Positions 47,324-57,019 of a stretch of 64,000 nt of DNA are shown piece after piece. A model generated the notes under the pieces. The model had not been told where the DNA came from. It did no database searches and saw only the letters and a list, made by a program, of their open reading frames with translations. The translations under genes and the position numbers were made by a program. The first letter of the stretch is position 1; the number at the start of each line of letters is the position of its first letter. Source of the stretch: Candidatus Obscuribacteraceae bacterium (GTDB lineage Bacteria > Cyanobacteriota > Vampirovibrionia > Obscuribacterales > Obscuribacteraceae); the NCBI GenBank assembly GCA_044226015.1, contig JBGAHS010000008.1:352001-416000 (forward strand), read 5' to 3'.

Positions 47324-47455
47324 ATGTCTAACGAATCAAGCAAAGCAAATGGCACCCACGAAATGACAATCGTCCTGGTCAAAGCCTCATGGGTATTGCT
47401 GAACATCAACAGCCTTCTTGGTTTTGCCTGCCTCTGCAAAACAGTAATCGGCTAG
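47324..47455 (+). CDS. 43-aa hydrophobic micropeptide, copy 1 (absent from the ORF track)
   Basis: GAGGT RBS; MSNESSKANGTHEMTIVLVKASWVLLNINSLLGFACLCKTVIG*. Confidence 0.75.
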   Translation: MSNESSKANGTHEMTIVLVKASWVLLNINSLLGFACLCKTVIG

Positions 47456-47561
47456 ACCGTCCAAATTAATTCTTTGACCCAAAATTGACCCACTCACGTC
47501 CCATTCACGCCCCATGTTTTAGCTTTAATAAGAACATCCGCAGCGAACGAGGTTTACGCAA

Positions 47562-47693
47562 ATGTCTAAGAAATCCACCAAAATGAACAGCACCGAAGCA
47601 GCAACCTTCATTCTCGTCAGAGCTTCTCTCGTTCTCTTCAGCGTCAACAGCCTTCTCGGTTTCGCCTGCGTCTGCAAAACTGTTCTCGGCTAA
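47562..47693 (+). CDS. 43-aa hydrophobic micropeptide, copy 2
   Basis: GAGGT RBS; MSKKSTKMNSTEAATFILVRASLVLFSVNSLLGFACVCKTVLG*. Confidence 0.75.
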   Translation: MSKKSTKMNSTEAATFILVRASLVLFSVNSLLGFACVCKTVLG

Positions 47694-47742
47694 TTCCTTT
47701 GATTTACTCGTCACTCACAAAAGCTTCCAGGAATCCACCAAA

Positions 47743-47853
47743 ATGCCTAACACCGAAACAGCAACTTCAATTCTCGTCAGAGCTTCACTCGTTCTTTTCA
47801 GCGTCAATGGACTTCTCGGTTTCGCCTGCGTTTGCAAAACAGTTCTCGGCTAG
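47743..47853 (+). CDS. 36-aa hydrophobic micropeptide, copy 3
   Basis: AGGA upstream; MPNTETATSILVRASLVLFSVNGLLGFACVCKTVLG*. Confidence 0.7.
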   Translation: MPNTETATSILVRASLVLFSVNGLLGFACVCKTVLG

Positions 47854-47908
47854 CTGCACGGACAAACAGCACTAGCGGTCTTTCAGCAGGAGAGTTTGCC
47901 AGCGCAAC

Positions 47909-48057
47909 AAGTGCATCGCACTAAAAGTGCATCGCACTAAAAGTGCATGAAGGAAGATGCGCGATCACTGACACAAATACATTTGCGATTCAGTGAGAAC
48001 ACTGCGCGATGTCACACCCTCATTTGCGATTCAGTGAGAAAACTGCGCGATGTTACA
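47909..48057. repeat. 16-bp (x2.5) and 41-bp (x2) tandem duplications
   Basis: AAGTGCATCGCACTAA x2 plus a partial copy; CATTTGCGATTCAGTGAGAA(C/A)ACTGCGCGATGT at 47980 and 48021. Confidence 0.85.
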
Positions 48058-48185
48058 GCGGCATTCATGTTCCAGAAAAGAACGGTGCGAATAGCAACAC
48101 AAATGAATAACGACAGAAGCACTCATCGCGCTGCCATCGTTATTTGTTTTGAGTGGCAATAAACTCGCTGCGTAATTTGGAATGA

Positions 48186-48254
48186 TTAATACACTTAGAT
48201 CACATCATCTAATACGCTCAGATCGCATCATCTAATACGCCCAGATCACATCAT
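48186..48254 (-). repeat. 23-bp tandem triplication of the last 23 nt of the 48232 gene
   Basis: TTAATACACTTAGATCACATCAT / CTAATACGCTCAGATCGCATCAT / CTAATACGCCCAGATCACATCAT; the third unit is the CDS end with its stop. Confidence 0.9.
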
Positions 48255-48654
48255 CCATGTCTTCATCATCGAGCATCTTGCTTGCATCATCATGTTCTTT
48301 GCGGGCAGTTTTGATTTGCTTCTTCAGCGCTTCCATACGGTGATGAACACTCTTAAGAGCTGCCGCGCTCTTCTCGTGATCTGCAGCCATTTGCTTCAGT
48401 GAATCATTTACACTCTGCAGCGTTGCTTTCATTTTTGCTTGATCATCAGAAGCCATAGCATCTTTAATATCACCCATTAGCTTCGACAATGCCTGTGAGG
48501 TCCTCTTGTCGTTTTCTGAGCATCCCTTCAAAACATCAGATACGCACTTCTTGCTCGAACCTTTTGCTGGCGCGTCACCATCTGCCCAACAGCAAATGGT
48601 TCCCGACAAAAACAACAAACAAGCAATCATCGTTATACAAAAGTTGAATCGCAT
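48232..48654 (-). CDS. Secreted helical hypothetical protein
   Basis: Signal peptide MRFNFCITMIACLLFLSGTICCWA; coiled-coil body. Confidence 0.7.
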   Translation of the reverse strand: MRFNFCITMIACLLFLSGTICCWADGDAPAKGSSKKCVSDVLKGCSENDKRTSQALSKLMGDIKDAMASDDQAKMKATLQSVNDSLKQMAADHEKSAAALKSVHHRMEALKKQIKTARKEHDDASKMLDDEDMDDVIWAY

Positions 48655-48685
48655 ATTGCCCCCAAGCAAATTAAGCACACTGATA

Positions 48686-50224
48686 TTACTTCAATTTCGT
48701 TTCCATTTCCTCAAGTTCTTTCAAACGTTGCGCTAACAGTTGCCCAGGAGCCTTGCCATTTGCTTTGGCTTTGCGCTCGCGCATTTCGCCTCTAACCCTT
48801 GATTGGAGAGCATCCAACGCACCCACGGCTGGTCCTGGAATAAAGGTAGTCGCACCTTGAGCAACTCGCCTTGAGAACAATTGAGCCGGAGTCTTCATTG
48901 GACGTATTGGAACTTTGTACACTGTCTTTCCAAGCTTAACCGGCAAAGTTGGCACCTTACCAGGCGCTGTATTGCTATATGCCGAGCCAGCGACAATCAA
49001 CTGCGTTCCCCAACCAATTTTGGTTCCACCGACAATTGTGTTAGAAATGAGCTTTTCAACAAACTCTTTGTTATTAGCTTTCGCTTCGGCTTTTGCCATT
49101 ACTGCCTGCCTGTCGAATATAGCTTTTTGCTTGCGATAGATTTCCAGTCTATCCTTTATGCCACCATCATCAAAGTTAGATAGCGAGGCACTAAGCGCAG
49201 TGCAATCGGCGTCAAAGTTTGAGATGGAATTAGGCGGAACAGTAAACATTTTGGTCTCAGTTTTCTTAACAGACTTTGCCGCGACAATTGAAGCAAGTTT
49301 TGTCGCAACAGGAGTCATCATGATGAAAGAACCAGACAGTACGAATCCCACACCGGCTGGCAATGCAATTCGTGGCTTACGGTTAGCAACAGCAAGCAAG
49401 TTGCCCAACGCCCCCATGTAACCACCAGTGGTTGCACCTGCGAAGGTAACCAGGTTAGCAGTATTTCGAGCAGTCTTGATTTTCGCATCACGCGCAGCGA
49501 ATTGACAATACTCATTCACAGCGCAATTTTTCACATCAGTTAGTAATTTGGACTCGGCTTTAATAGCCTCAAGTTGTGGTGCCGCTAAGTCAGCTGCTTG
49601 AATAGCGCGATCTCTAGAAGCCTGCATCTCATCAATTTGCTTAACAAGCACGCTAACTTGCTGTCTGGCACCCTTGCGATCGAGTCCGCGTTTGTGCAGT
49701 TTGTAATCGTTTATTCCATCAAGTGTAGATTCGATTAAAACTCCACCAACAATAATAGAGTGTCCAATTAGTAAGCAAATAGGTCCTTTGCGCAAGAAGG
49801 GCTTTGTCGCAAGCGCCGGTCTTCTCCAGTACTTCCAGCGAGCATACGCGACGTGAGAAATGCCTACCTCACTTATTGTGTTGCCCGCTAGTGAGTATGC
49901 AAATGTTCGCCATGGTTTGAACTTTCCAACTCGTGTGGATTCGACTCTATACTTTGTATTGAACTTTAGTAATTCGATTTCCTTTTGCAAAATTTGCCGG
50001 CTCAATTGGTCGATTTGTCCTGAGCCACCACTATATTGATTGGCATCAATTCGCTCTGCTACCAGTTTTCCCTTATCAATGGAAGGCATTTCGAAAACAG
50101 CTTTTTGTTGCTCATCACTCTCCTTCTCAAAATTGGCAGGTTCGCTAACAGCAGACCAACAGGGCAGCTGCGCCGAAGCCAATAAGAAGGCTAGCGATAC
50201 TAGAGCGTGCTTTTTCATTTCCAT
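48686..50224 (-). CDS. Exported hypothetical protein with coiled coils and hydrophobic hairpins
   Basis: Signal peptide MKKHALVSLAFLLASAQLPCWS; alternating coiled-coil and Gly-rich hydrophobic segments. Confidence 0.75.
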   Translation of the reverse strand: MEMKKHALVSLAFLLASAQLPCWSAVSEPANFEKESDEQQKAVFEMPSIDKGKLVAERIDANQYSGGSGQIDQLSRQILQKEIELLKFNTKYRVESTRVGKFKPWRTFAYSLAGNTISEVGISHVAYARWKYWRRPALATKPFLRKGPICLLIGHSIIVGGVLIESTLDGINDYKLHKRGLDRKGARQQVSVLVKQIDEMQASRDRAIQAADLAAPQLEAIKAESKLLTDVKNCAVNEYCQFAARDAKIKTARNTANLVTFAGATTGGYMGALGNLLAVANRKPRIALPAGVGFVLSGSFIMMTPVATKLASIVAAKSVKKTETKMFTVPPNSISNFDADCTALSASLSNFDDGGIKDRLEIYRKQKAIFDRQAVMAKAEAKANNKEFVEKLISNTIVGGTKIGWGTQLIVAGSAYSNTAPGKVPTLPVKLGKTVYKVPIRPMKTPAQLFSRRVAQGATTFIPGPAVGALDALQSRVRGEMRERKAKANGKAPGQLLAQRLKELEEMETKLK

Positions 50225-50717
50225 AATGGTTACCAGCAAAGAGAATTGCCCACATTCTCTTTCTTTGATTTCAGGACAACAACCTCCGAATGACTTAATT
50301 AGTAGCACTTGTAATCACCCGTTAGGTGGATGCACTCTCCGCCAAAAATGTGATCAAGCTATAGATTCGAAGAACGAGGAATTCACGACAATTTAATGGC
50401 TTAAACCTGAGTAAGGGAACGATGCCAAGTCTTTAGGGACGCAAATTTACAGGTGCCATCGATTATCAGACCAGCGAAGGAAGTGGCATCGTCAAGTGGA
50501 CGAACCAGTTGCAAGTACCTAAGCAACACACTAAATCGAACGGCTCTCTGCTTTCGATACAGAACTTTTGGGAGAACTCAACGCGAAACAAATTTCCAAA
50601 TCATCAGTCAGAACATTTTTTTTCGATGGCTCCACGACACAGGAAACCATCACTCCACCGAACTTATGAATGTGGTGTGACTTCGGCTAAATATTTTGCT
50701 AGTTACAGAACCGTTAT

Positions 50718-52061
50718 TCAAATAGCAGCCTCAAACTTTTGCTTGCTATCCAAAAACTGGTCGAGAAGAGGCTTCTGCCATAGTGTCGCAAACATATTTG
50801 TCGAAAATAGAGCCATCGCAATCAACTCGATTACAGCAGAGAGAGGCAAAGTTTGCCAACAAATCGAAACCGAGAAATCATAGGCGAGAATCTCCGACGC
50901 CACGCGAAGAAGACAGCCCAGATTTAAAACCAAACTTGCTGCAAACATCAGAGTCTTGCTGAAAATGGCTTTGCGTCCGGAAAACGCGGGCAACAGCTTA
51001 GGACCAATATTGAACACCATTGTTGAGAAGAAGCCAACGGTGATAGCATGCCTGGCAGCACCGGCGGTGCCATTTGCCATTGGATAAATAGCAGAAATGA
51101 GAAACAACAATGCCGAAGAGAAGAGCCAGACAAAAGCAATTTTGATAAATGTGGGAAAACTTCGATGAACACCAATTATTTTGGCGCTCGATTCAGCTGG
51201 TGCGAACAAGTTCAATCCATAAATCATTTAGATGGTTGATACCAGAATAAACGACTCTGGAACAATTGCAATCTTAGCGGCGCAAAAACAGAGTGCCAGC
51301 AAATTTGCTATCGCCGAAAATCGGACAAAGCTGGATGATGGCTGCCGCGCCCCAATAAGAGCGGGCAGCCATCTTGCGCACAAACCCCAAACAGTTGGAA
51401 CAATCCATCCCCACACAGCCCCATAAAGAAAGGTTCGACCAGCAAGCACTGGCACAGATGGAGAAGCACTGTGAGCCGACAGGTCAAGCATCATCTGGAC
51501 GTTGATACCCATCAAAGTAAGCCAAACAAAACTAGCACTTATGAGCAACAATGCCCAAGGTTTGCTTCCTTTCTTACTCTTTTTCCGGATACTCCCTTCA
51601 ACAGTTTTACCGACAAAAAATGCAACAGCTATAAACTCTAGCACCGCCGAGAGTGGCATCAGGATGTGCCATGCTGTGTCACTTACTGCAGCGTACCAGC
51701 GCATCGCCACACCAGACCCCCAGAGCAAGAGACACAACCACCCCTCTAACATTCTCTCTGAGCACATCTTGCGCAAATTCGGAATCGAATAGAACCCAAT
51801 ACCCAAAATGAATGTTCCTATCCAACCGAATAGCTGCGCATGACCATGCGCCTGAATCCATAATGTAGTGGCCGCTGACGGGTCGCTTTGCTTGCTGATT
51901 GCAATCAGGTTCCAAACGCCAAGTAAGGTACCGGGAATCAACATAAAGAAGAGTCCAGAGGCAATAAAAGCTGCGAAAACTCTTATGAGATTGCGTTCTT
52001 GCAGCATACGCGCCGAATGCAAATCAGATTGAGCAGACGTAGAGCATGAGTTGTTCGACAT
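50718..52061 (-). pseudogene. NnrS-like multi-pass membrane protein split by an in-frame TAA at 51228-51230
   Basis: WIQAHGHAQLFGWIGTFILGIG in part 1 and GAARHAITVGF..GPKLLPAFSG in part 2; junction ACC ATC TAA ATG ATT is in the same frame. Confidence 0.7.
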
Positions 52062-52070
52062 AATTTAATT

Positions 52071-52088
52071 CTGGACCCTTATGTCCAG
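52071..52088. promoter_or_regulatory. 18-bp palindromic operator, copy upstream of the nnrS-like gene
   Basis: CTGGACCCTTATGTCCAG (extends to ATTCTGGAC..GTCCAGAAT); similar sites at 56973 and 61389. Confidence 0.6.
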
Positions 52089-52216
52089 AATAGAGAAAAC
52101 TTTCCGTACATTCATCGCTCGAACGAATGAAAACGCAAGTTTTGCTACCTCGAAAGGATGATTACGTTTTTGGCGGAGATGCGCTTCAATAGATTCACAG
52201 TTATCGTGTGTGAAAT

Positions 52217-52639
52217 ATGCTGCAACAACAACCACCTGAATTTGCGTGTCCAATCAACGCGCTTATGGAAATCATCAGCGCAAAATGGACAACGGAAATA
52301 ATTCGAGAGCTGTCCGTGCAACCCACGCGAACTCGAAAATTCCTATTGCACATTCCAGGGCTGAGCATGAAGACCCTCAGTAGAAGGCTTCACAGCTTGG
52401 AAGCTGCAGGCTTGGTCAATCGACATGAGTTTGAAGGCAAACCGATAAAGGTCGAATATTCACTGACAGCTGCAGGTGTAAAACTCTGCGGAATTCTCGA
52501 ACAAATGAAAGTGCTACAGCAGGAATTGAACAGCTCTTGCTTGAATTGCAGTTGCTCCATTCAGAAGGAATGCTTCGCTCAACCTGAACTTTTGGCGTGC
52601 CCCCACAGGCGAACCAAAAGACAGCGCGGCGAAACATAG
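52217..52639 (+). CDS. HxlR-family winged-helix regulator with Cys-rich C-terminal tail
   Basis: CPINALMEIISAKWT..IPGLSMKTLSRRLHSLE..KVEYSLT..G; tail CLNCSC..C..C. Confidence 0.88.
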   Translation: MLQQQPPEFACPINALMEIISAKWTTEIIRELSVQPTRTRKFLLHIPGLSMKTLSRRLHSLEAAGLVNRHEFEGKPIKVEYSLTAAGVKLCGILEQMKVLQQELNSSCLNCSCSIQKECFAQPELLACPHRRTKRQRGET

Positions 52640-52819
52640 TTGAGAGCAGCTTAACCCAAGTGCAGAAAGTTCCAGCCCTAACAGATAATCGTTAGCGCGC
52701 AACTTTCAGTTAATGAAGCTGAAGTATCCCTATTACAACTAAAACCTAGAATTTTTTCAGCACATGCGGTATCTTTTTCGCCTTAAATGTCTATTTGTCC
52801 ATATACAGAGAACCTAATC

Positions 52820-53143
52820 ATGAGTAAACTTCCCGGTCGCTTTCTAAAATTCAAAGACACCTACCCCGATGTATTTCAAGCATACGAAAGTCTCGGCAAA
52901 GCTGCCGCAGAATCAGGACCACTGAATAAGAGAGAGATATCACTTGTAAAACTTGGTATCGCAGCTGGTGCAAAAATGGAAGGGGCAGTTCATTCGCATA
53001 CTCGTCGTGCCCTAGAAGCCGGCGCAAGCCCAGAAGAAATTAGACACGTGGCTTTGCTAGCGGTGACAACGCTCGGCTTCCCCACCATGATGGCGGTGCT
53101 TTCATGGGTCGATGAAACACTCAATGGAGAAAAGAAGCCCTAA
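52820..53143 (+). CDS. Carboxymuconolactone decarboxylase/AhpD-like protein
   Basis: YPDVFQAYESLG..GPLNKREISLVKLGIA..GAVHSHTRRALEAGASPEEIRHV..TTLGFP. Confidence 0.9.
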   Translation: MSKLPGRFLKFKDTYPDVFQAYESLGKAAAESGPLNKREISLVKLGIAAGAKMEGAVHSHTRRALEAGASPEEIRHVALLAVTTLGFPTMMAVLSWVDETLNGEKKP

Positions 53144-53470
53144 GATCAAATTCCTTTTCAGCCAGAGCGCTTGTCCTGCAGGTCTTGAAGAAGAGGATTA
53201 AGGCTGGTGACGAAAATGTTTCCATCTCAGGGTCGAGAGATTTATCCGTCCGATGTAAGAGAATACAGAAAGCCGAAACGATGTTTCGCCGGACCGGATA
53301 AATTGACCAAACTAAAGTGATACCTTTGCAATTATTTTGGTTCCGGCGAAATGTCAACCCTGCTGCCATCGGCTACCAAACACGATCCCCGACTGCCAGT
53401 CAGTGCAAGAGCACAACTCGGCAGTCGATTACCTTTTTGGTGCCGATCTAAATATGCAGGAAAATGAAGG

Positions 53471-53678
53471 TGCGAATGCTAATACTCAGTTGCGCATGCT
53501 GATACTCAGTTGCGCATACTGATACTCGGTTGCGAATGCTAATACTCAGTTGCGCATGCTGATACTCAGTTGCGCATACTGATACTCGGTTGCGCATGCT
53601 GATACTCGGTCGCGCATGCTGACACTCAGTTGCGCAGCGAGACACTCAGTAGCGCATGCGAGACACTCAGTTGCGCAG
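53471..53678 (-). repeat. 20-bp tandem array (~10 copies) seeded at the nrdG stop codon
   Basis: GATACTCAGTTGCGCATGCT-type units; the last unit GACACTCAGTTGCGCAG is the nrdG 3' end (CTG CGC AAC TGA on the minus strand); 60-bp higher-order repeat. Confidence 0.93.
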
Positions 53679-54386
53679 TGAGAAATTGGGAAATAGCTCT
53701 GCAATTCGTTTTATAGTCGAATTACTCATTCCAGCAAAACTTCCGCAGAGTTCGGCATCTTCGCAGCCTTTTCCTCGGAATATTTGCAAAGCATAGTTTT
53801 TGACACCCATACTTTTCAGCTCCTCTGCCAACTGAAAAGACTTTTCCTCAGTTGATAAAAGAGAATGAAAGGTTGTTCGAACCTCGTAGTCGAGACCAGA
53901 TTCAAGAAGCAGCTCAAGGGAATTAAAGGCTTCGACGCCTGAATTTTCCTCCAGTGTGATGCATCGATAATCGCTCTGCAGTGCTTTGATATCTAATCCA
54001 ATCCAATTGAGCTTCGGTAAAAGAGGTTCAAGAAGTTTTGAACTGGCACCAGATGTATGCAGCCCAACTTTGAACCCCATTTCGCGCACAAGAGTTATAG
54101 CTTCCAAAATTCCTTTTTGAAATAGTGGCTCTCCACCACTGAAAACAACAGCATCGAGCAAGCCTCGCCGGGTCAGCAAGAAACGACAAATGTCTTCAAA
54201 CGATATTCCCGGCGAACTTTTGAACTCACGCAAATGAGGGTTTTGACAGTAGCGACAACGCAAAACACAGCCCTGACAAAATACAACCGCAGAAAGATTG
54301 CCAGGGAAGTCGCAGCAACTAAATGGAACAAACCCTCCAACATTCAAAATCGGGGTCACGGTTCCAAGCTCACAACCGTATTGCAT
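53667..54386 (-). CDS. nrdG: Anaerobic ribonucleotide reductase activating enzyme (radical SAM)
   Basis: DFPGNLSAVVFCQGCVLRCRYCQNP, VVFSGGEP, GLHTSG, YEVRTT. Confidence 0.93.
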   Translation of the reverse strand: MQYGCELGTVTPILNVGGFVPFSCCDFPGNLSAVVFCQGCVLRCRYCQNPHLREFKSSPGISFEDICRFLLTRRGLLDAVVFSGGEPLFQKGILEAITLVREMGFKVGLHTSGASSKLLEPLLPKLNWIGLDIKALQSDYRCITLEENSGVEAFNSLELLLESGLDYEVRTTFHSLLSTEEKSFQLAEELKSMGVKNYALQIFRGKGCEDAELCGSFAGMSNSTIKRIAELFPNFSLRN

Positions 54387-54547
54387 TTCTCTTCAACAAA
54401 GTGCTTTCTCTCGGAGTGTTCGCTCTTCTTACCCTTATTAAAGGATGAAACAGGGCGGTGATATCCCATTACTCTTGTCCAGACTTCGCACTTCTGTCTT
54501 TCTTGTTCGTCAAGTTGAACAACGGGTTGCTCTTCTGTATTTTTCAT
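54356..54547 (-). CDS. Stand-alone glycyl-radical C-terminal domain of class III RNR
   Basis: ERQKCEVWTRVMGYHRPVSSFNKGKKSEHSER; own AAGGAG RBS. Confidence 0.9.
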   Translation of the reverse strand: MKNTEEQPVVQLDEQERQKCEVWTRVMGYHRPVSSFNKGKKSEHSERKHFVEEKCNTVVSLEP

Positions 54548-54563
54548 TATCTTTCTCCTTGAT

Positions 54564-56606
54564 TTATTGAGCGCGCTTCTTTGCCATTAAGTCTTCATCG
54601 CAAATCGGACAATACTCGTGTTCTCCATTCAAATAGCCATGTTTAGGACAAATAGAAAAGGTTGGAGTTATAGTTATATAAGGCAATCGGAAACAACTCA
54701 ATGACTTCCGAACCAAATTCTTACAGGCTTGAGAAGACGAGATTTTTTCATTCATGTATAAATGAAGAACAGTGCCACCAGTGTATTTTCGCTGAAGCAT
54801 TTCTTGCATTTCTAACGCAGCAAAAGGGTCATCAGAGCATCCGACAGGAAGTTGCGAGGAATTCGTGTAATATGGTGCCGCAATGGTGCCTGCCTGAAAA
54901 ATTCCAGGGAAACGTTTTTGATCTTCCTTGGCAAAGCGATAAGTTGCACCTTCTGCAGGAGTTGCCTCCAAATTGTACATGTGACCAGTTTCTTCCTGAA
55001 ATTGAGTTATGCGAGTCCTAATGTGGTCAAGGATTTCGAGCGCAAGGTCTCTGCCAACCGGGCTCGTGATATCGTATTCATTTCCAGAGAAATTACGAAT
55101 CAATTCGTTGATGCCGTTAACGCCAATCGTAGAGAAATGATTTCGCAGAGTGCCAAGGTAGCGCCGCGTATAAGGAAACAGTCCGTTGTCCATCAAACGT
55201 TGAATTTGTTTGCGCTTTATTTCAAGACTATTTCGGCAAATTTCGAGCAAATAGTCTAGCCGTTCCAACAGCGAATTCTTGTCATTTTTGAAAAGGAAAC
55301 CAAGGCGAGCGCAGTTAATTGTGACCACTCCAAGTGAGCCAGTCTGCTCCGCCGAGCCAAACAAGCCATTTCCGCGCTTCAAAAGCTCGCGCAAATCCAA
55401 CTGAAGACGGCAACACATTGATCGAATCATGTTAGGTTTCAATTCAGAATTTACAAAGTTCTGGAAATAAGGCAGCCCATATTTCGCCGTCATCGCGAAT
55501 AATCGCTCGCAATTTTCACTTTCCCAGGGGAAGTCAGCGGTAATGTTGTAGGTCGGAATAGGAAAGGTAAAGACTCTGCCTTTCTCGTCACCCTGCGTCA
55601 TAACCTCGATGTAAGCGCGATTTATCATGTCCATTTCGGACTGCAATTCGCCATAGGTAAAATCGAGTTCTTTGCCACCAATCACAGGTACTTGTTCGCG
55701 CAAATCTTCAGGACAAACCCAGTCAAAAGTCAGATTTGTAAATGGTGTCTGAGTGCCCCATCTCGATGGCACATTGAGGTTGTAAATCAACTCCTGGATG
55801 TTCTGTTTCACCGCCTCAAATGACATTGAGTCTTTTCTGATGAATGGCGCAAGATAGGTGTCAAAAGAGCTAAAAGCCTGCGCACCAGCCCATTCATTTT
55901 GTAAGGTGCCAAGAAAATTCACTATCTGTCCCACAGCGCTAGACAAATGCAGCGGCGGGCTAGCCTCGACTCTTCCTGGTACCCCGTTGAACCCCTCACG
56001 AAGCAGTGTTCGCAAAGACCAACCAGCACAATAACCAGACAACATATCGAGATCATGAATGTGAATATCAGCATCACGATGAGCCTGCCCGACCTCAGCC
56101 GGGTAAACATGACTGAGCCAGTAGTTTGCAGTTACCTTTCCGGAAACATTGAGTATCAGCCCGCCGAGAGAATAGCCTTGATTAGCGTTTGCATTCACTC
56201 GCCAATCTTCCTGGTTGATGTATTCATCGATGGAACCGACTACATCAATTACGGTGCGCTTGTCTTCACGCAGAATTCGGTGCTGCTCTCGATAAACAAT
56301 ATAGGCACGAGCTGTCTTTAAATATCCTGCATGAATGAGCGCGCGCTCAACCTCATCTTGTATTTGTTCTATTGAGGGCGTGCCACCAGAAAAGTTCTTT
56401 TGCAGTGAGTTCAGCACCCAGTTTGAAATAAGCTCAGCTACGCGCCCATCAAATTCATTTGTGGCTTCACCCGCACGCTTCACGGAAGAGAGTATTTTTT
56501 CTGCATTAAAAGAACAGACAGACCCGTTTCGCTTCACAACATAGCAGGGCAACTCAACGGAAAACTGAAGTGGAACAGTGGTATTCGATTGTGCTGAAAT
56601 TGTCAT
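54564..56606 (-). CDS. nrdD: Anaerobic (class III) ribonucleoside-triphosphate reductase with ATP cone
   Basis: VVKRNG ATP cone, DWRVNANAN, IHIHDL, GYCAGWSL, FTFPIPTYN, RSMCCRL, YNLEATPAEG, YYTNS, CPKHG..CPIC; ends without the RVxG motif. Confidence 0.95.
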   Translation of the reverse strand: MTISAQSNTTVPLQFSVELPCYVVKRNGSVCSFNAEKILSSVKRAGEATNEFDGRVAELISNWVLNSLQKNFSGGTPSIEQIQDEVERALIHAGYLKTARAYIVYREQHRILREDKRTVIDVVGSIDEYINQEDWRVNANANQGYSLGGLILNVSGKVTANYWLSHVYPAEVGQAHRDADIHIHDLDMLSGYCAGWSLRTLLREGFNGVPGRVEASPPLHLSSAVGQIVNFLGTLQNEWAGAQAFSSFDTYLAPFIRKDSMSFEAVKQNIQELIYNLNVPSRWGTQTPFTNLTFDWVCPEDLREQVPVIGGKELDFTYGELQSEMDMINRAYIEVMTQGDEKGRVFTFPIPTYNITADFPWESENCERLFAMTAKYGLPYFQNFVNSELKPNMIRSMCCRLQLDLRELLKRGNGLFGSAEQTGSLGVVTINCARLGFLFKNDKNSLLERLDYLLEICRNSLEIKRKQIQRLMDNGLFPYTRRYLGTLRNHFSTIGVNGINELIRNFSGNEYDITSPVGRDLALEILDHIRTRITQFQEETGHMYNLEATPAEGATYRFAKEDQKRFPGIFQAGTIAAPYYTNSSQLPVGCSDDPFAALEMQEMLQRKYTGGTVLHLYMNEKISSSQACKNLVRKSLSCFRLPYITITPTFSICPKHGYLNGEHEYCPICDEDLMAKKRAQ

Positions 56607-56625
56607 ATAGTTTGTTCCCCGATTC

Positions 56626-56641
56626 GCACCAAATATAGTGC
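56626..56641 (-). promoter_or_regulatory. Probable NrdR box
   Basis: Minus strand GCACTATATTTGGTGC, 20 nt upstream of the nrdD start; resembles acaCwAtATaTwGtgt. Confidence 0.6.
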
Positions 56642-56972
56642 CACTGATAAGTGAATGAGTAAGCTGCAAACAAGATAACAGCGAACTTTTGTAAGGGCAA
56701 GATAGCCGAAGTGACGAGACCTCGTTCACGAAGGAAAACCAGCAATGGTTGGCGGCTTTGAGGGAAATAGATTCGACTTAAGGATCAGATCGCATGCTGG
56801 TACCATATAAGCACCATGTCTCTCACACAGAAGTTACATATCTGTCGACGGTAGTGTTTTTTATGTCACCAGTTTCTTTCGAGACATTAAACCTAATCGC
56901 TGAATCATCCGATAGCGCAAATGAAGGATCAACCCTAAGGATGATAAAAAGCTGGATGAACAGAAGTTAAAA

Positions 56973-56990
56973 TCGGATATAACTATCCAA
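56973..56990. promoter_or_regulatory. 18-bp palindromic operator, copy upstream of ric
   Basis: TCGGATATAACTATCCAA within AAAATCGGATA-TAAC-TATCCAATTTT. Confidence 0.65.
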
Positions 56991-57019
56991 TTTTGAAAAG
57001 GTATACACAGAGGTCGTTT

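Noticed and set aside
47505..47714. 69-aa minus-strand ORF
   Set aside because: Antisense to micropeptide copy 2; conservation among the three copies fits the plus-strand frame
51228..51230. Selenocysteine/pyrrolysine recoding in the nnrS-like gene
   Set aside because: The codon is TAA, not TGA or TAG
53471..53678. CRISPR array or coding repeat (65-aa ORF)
   Set aside because: 20-bp contiguous units without spacers, derived from the nrdG 3' end
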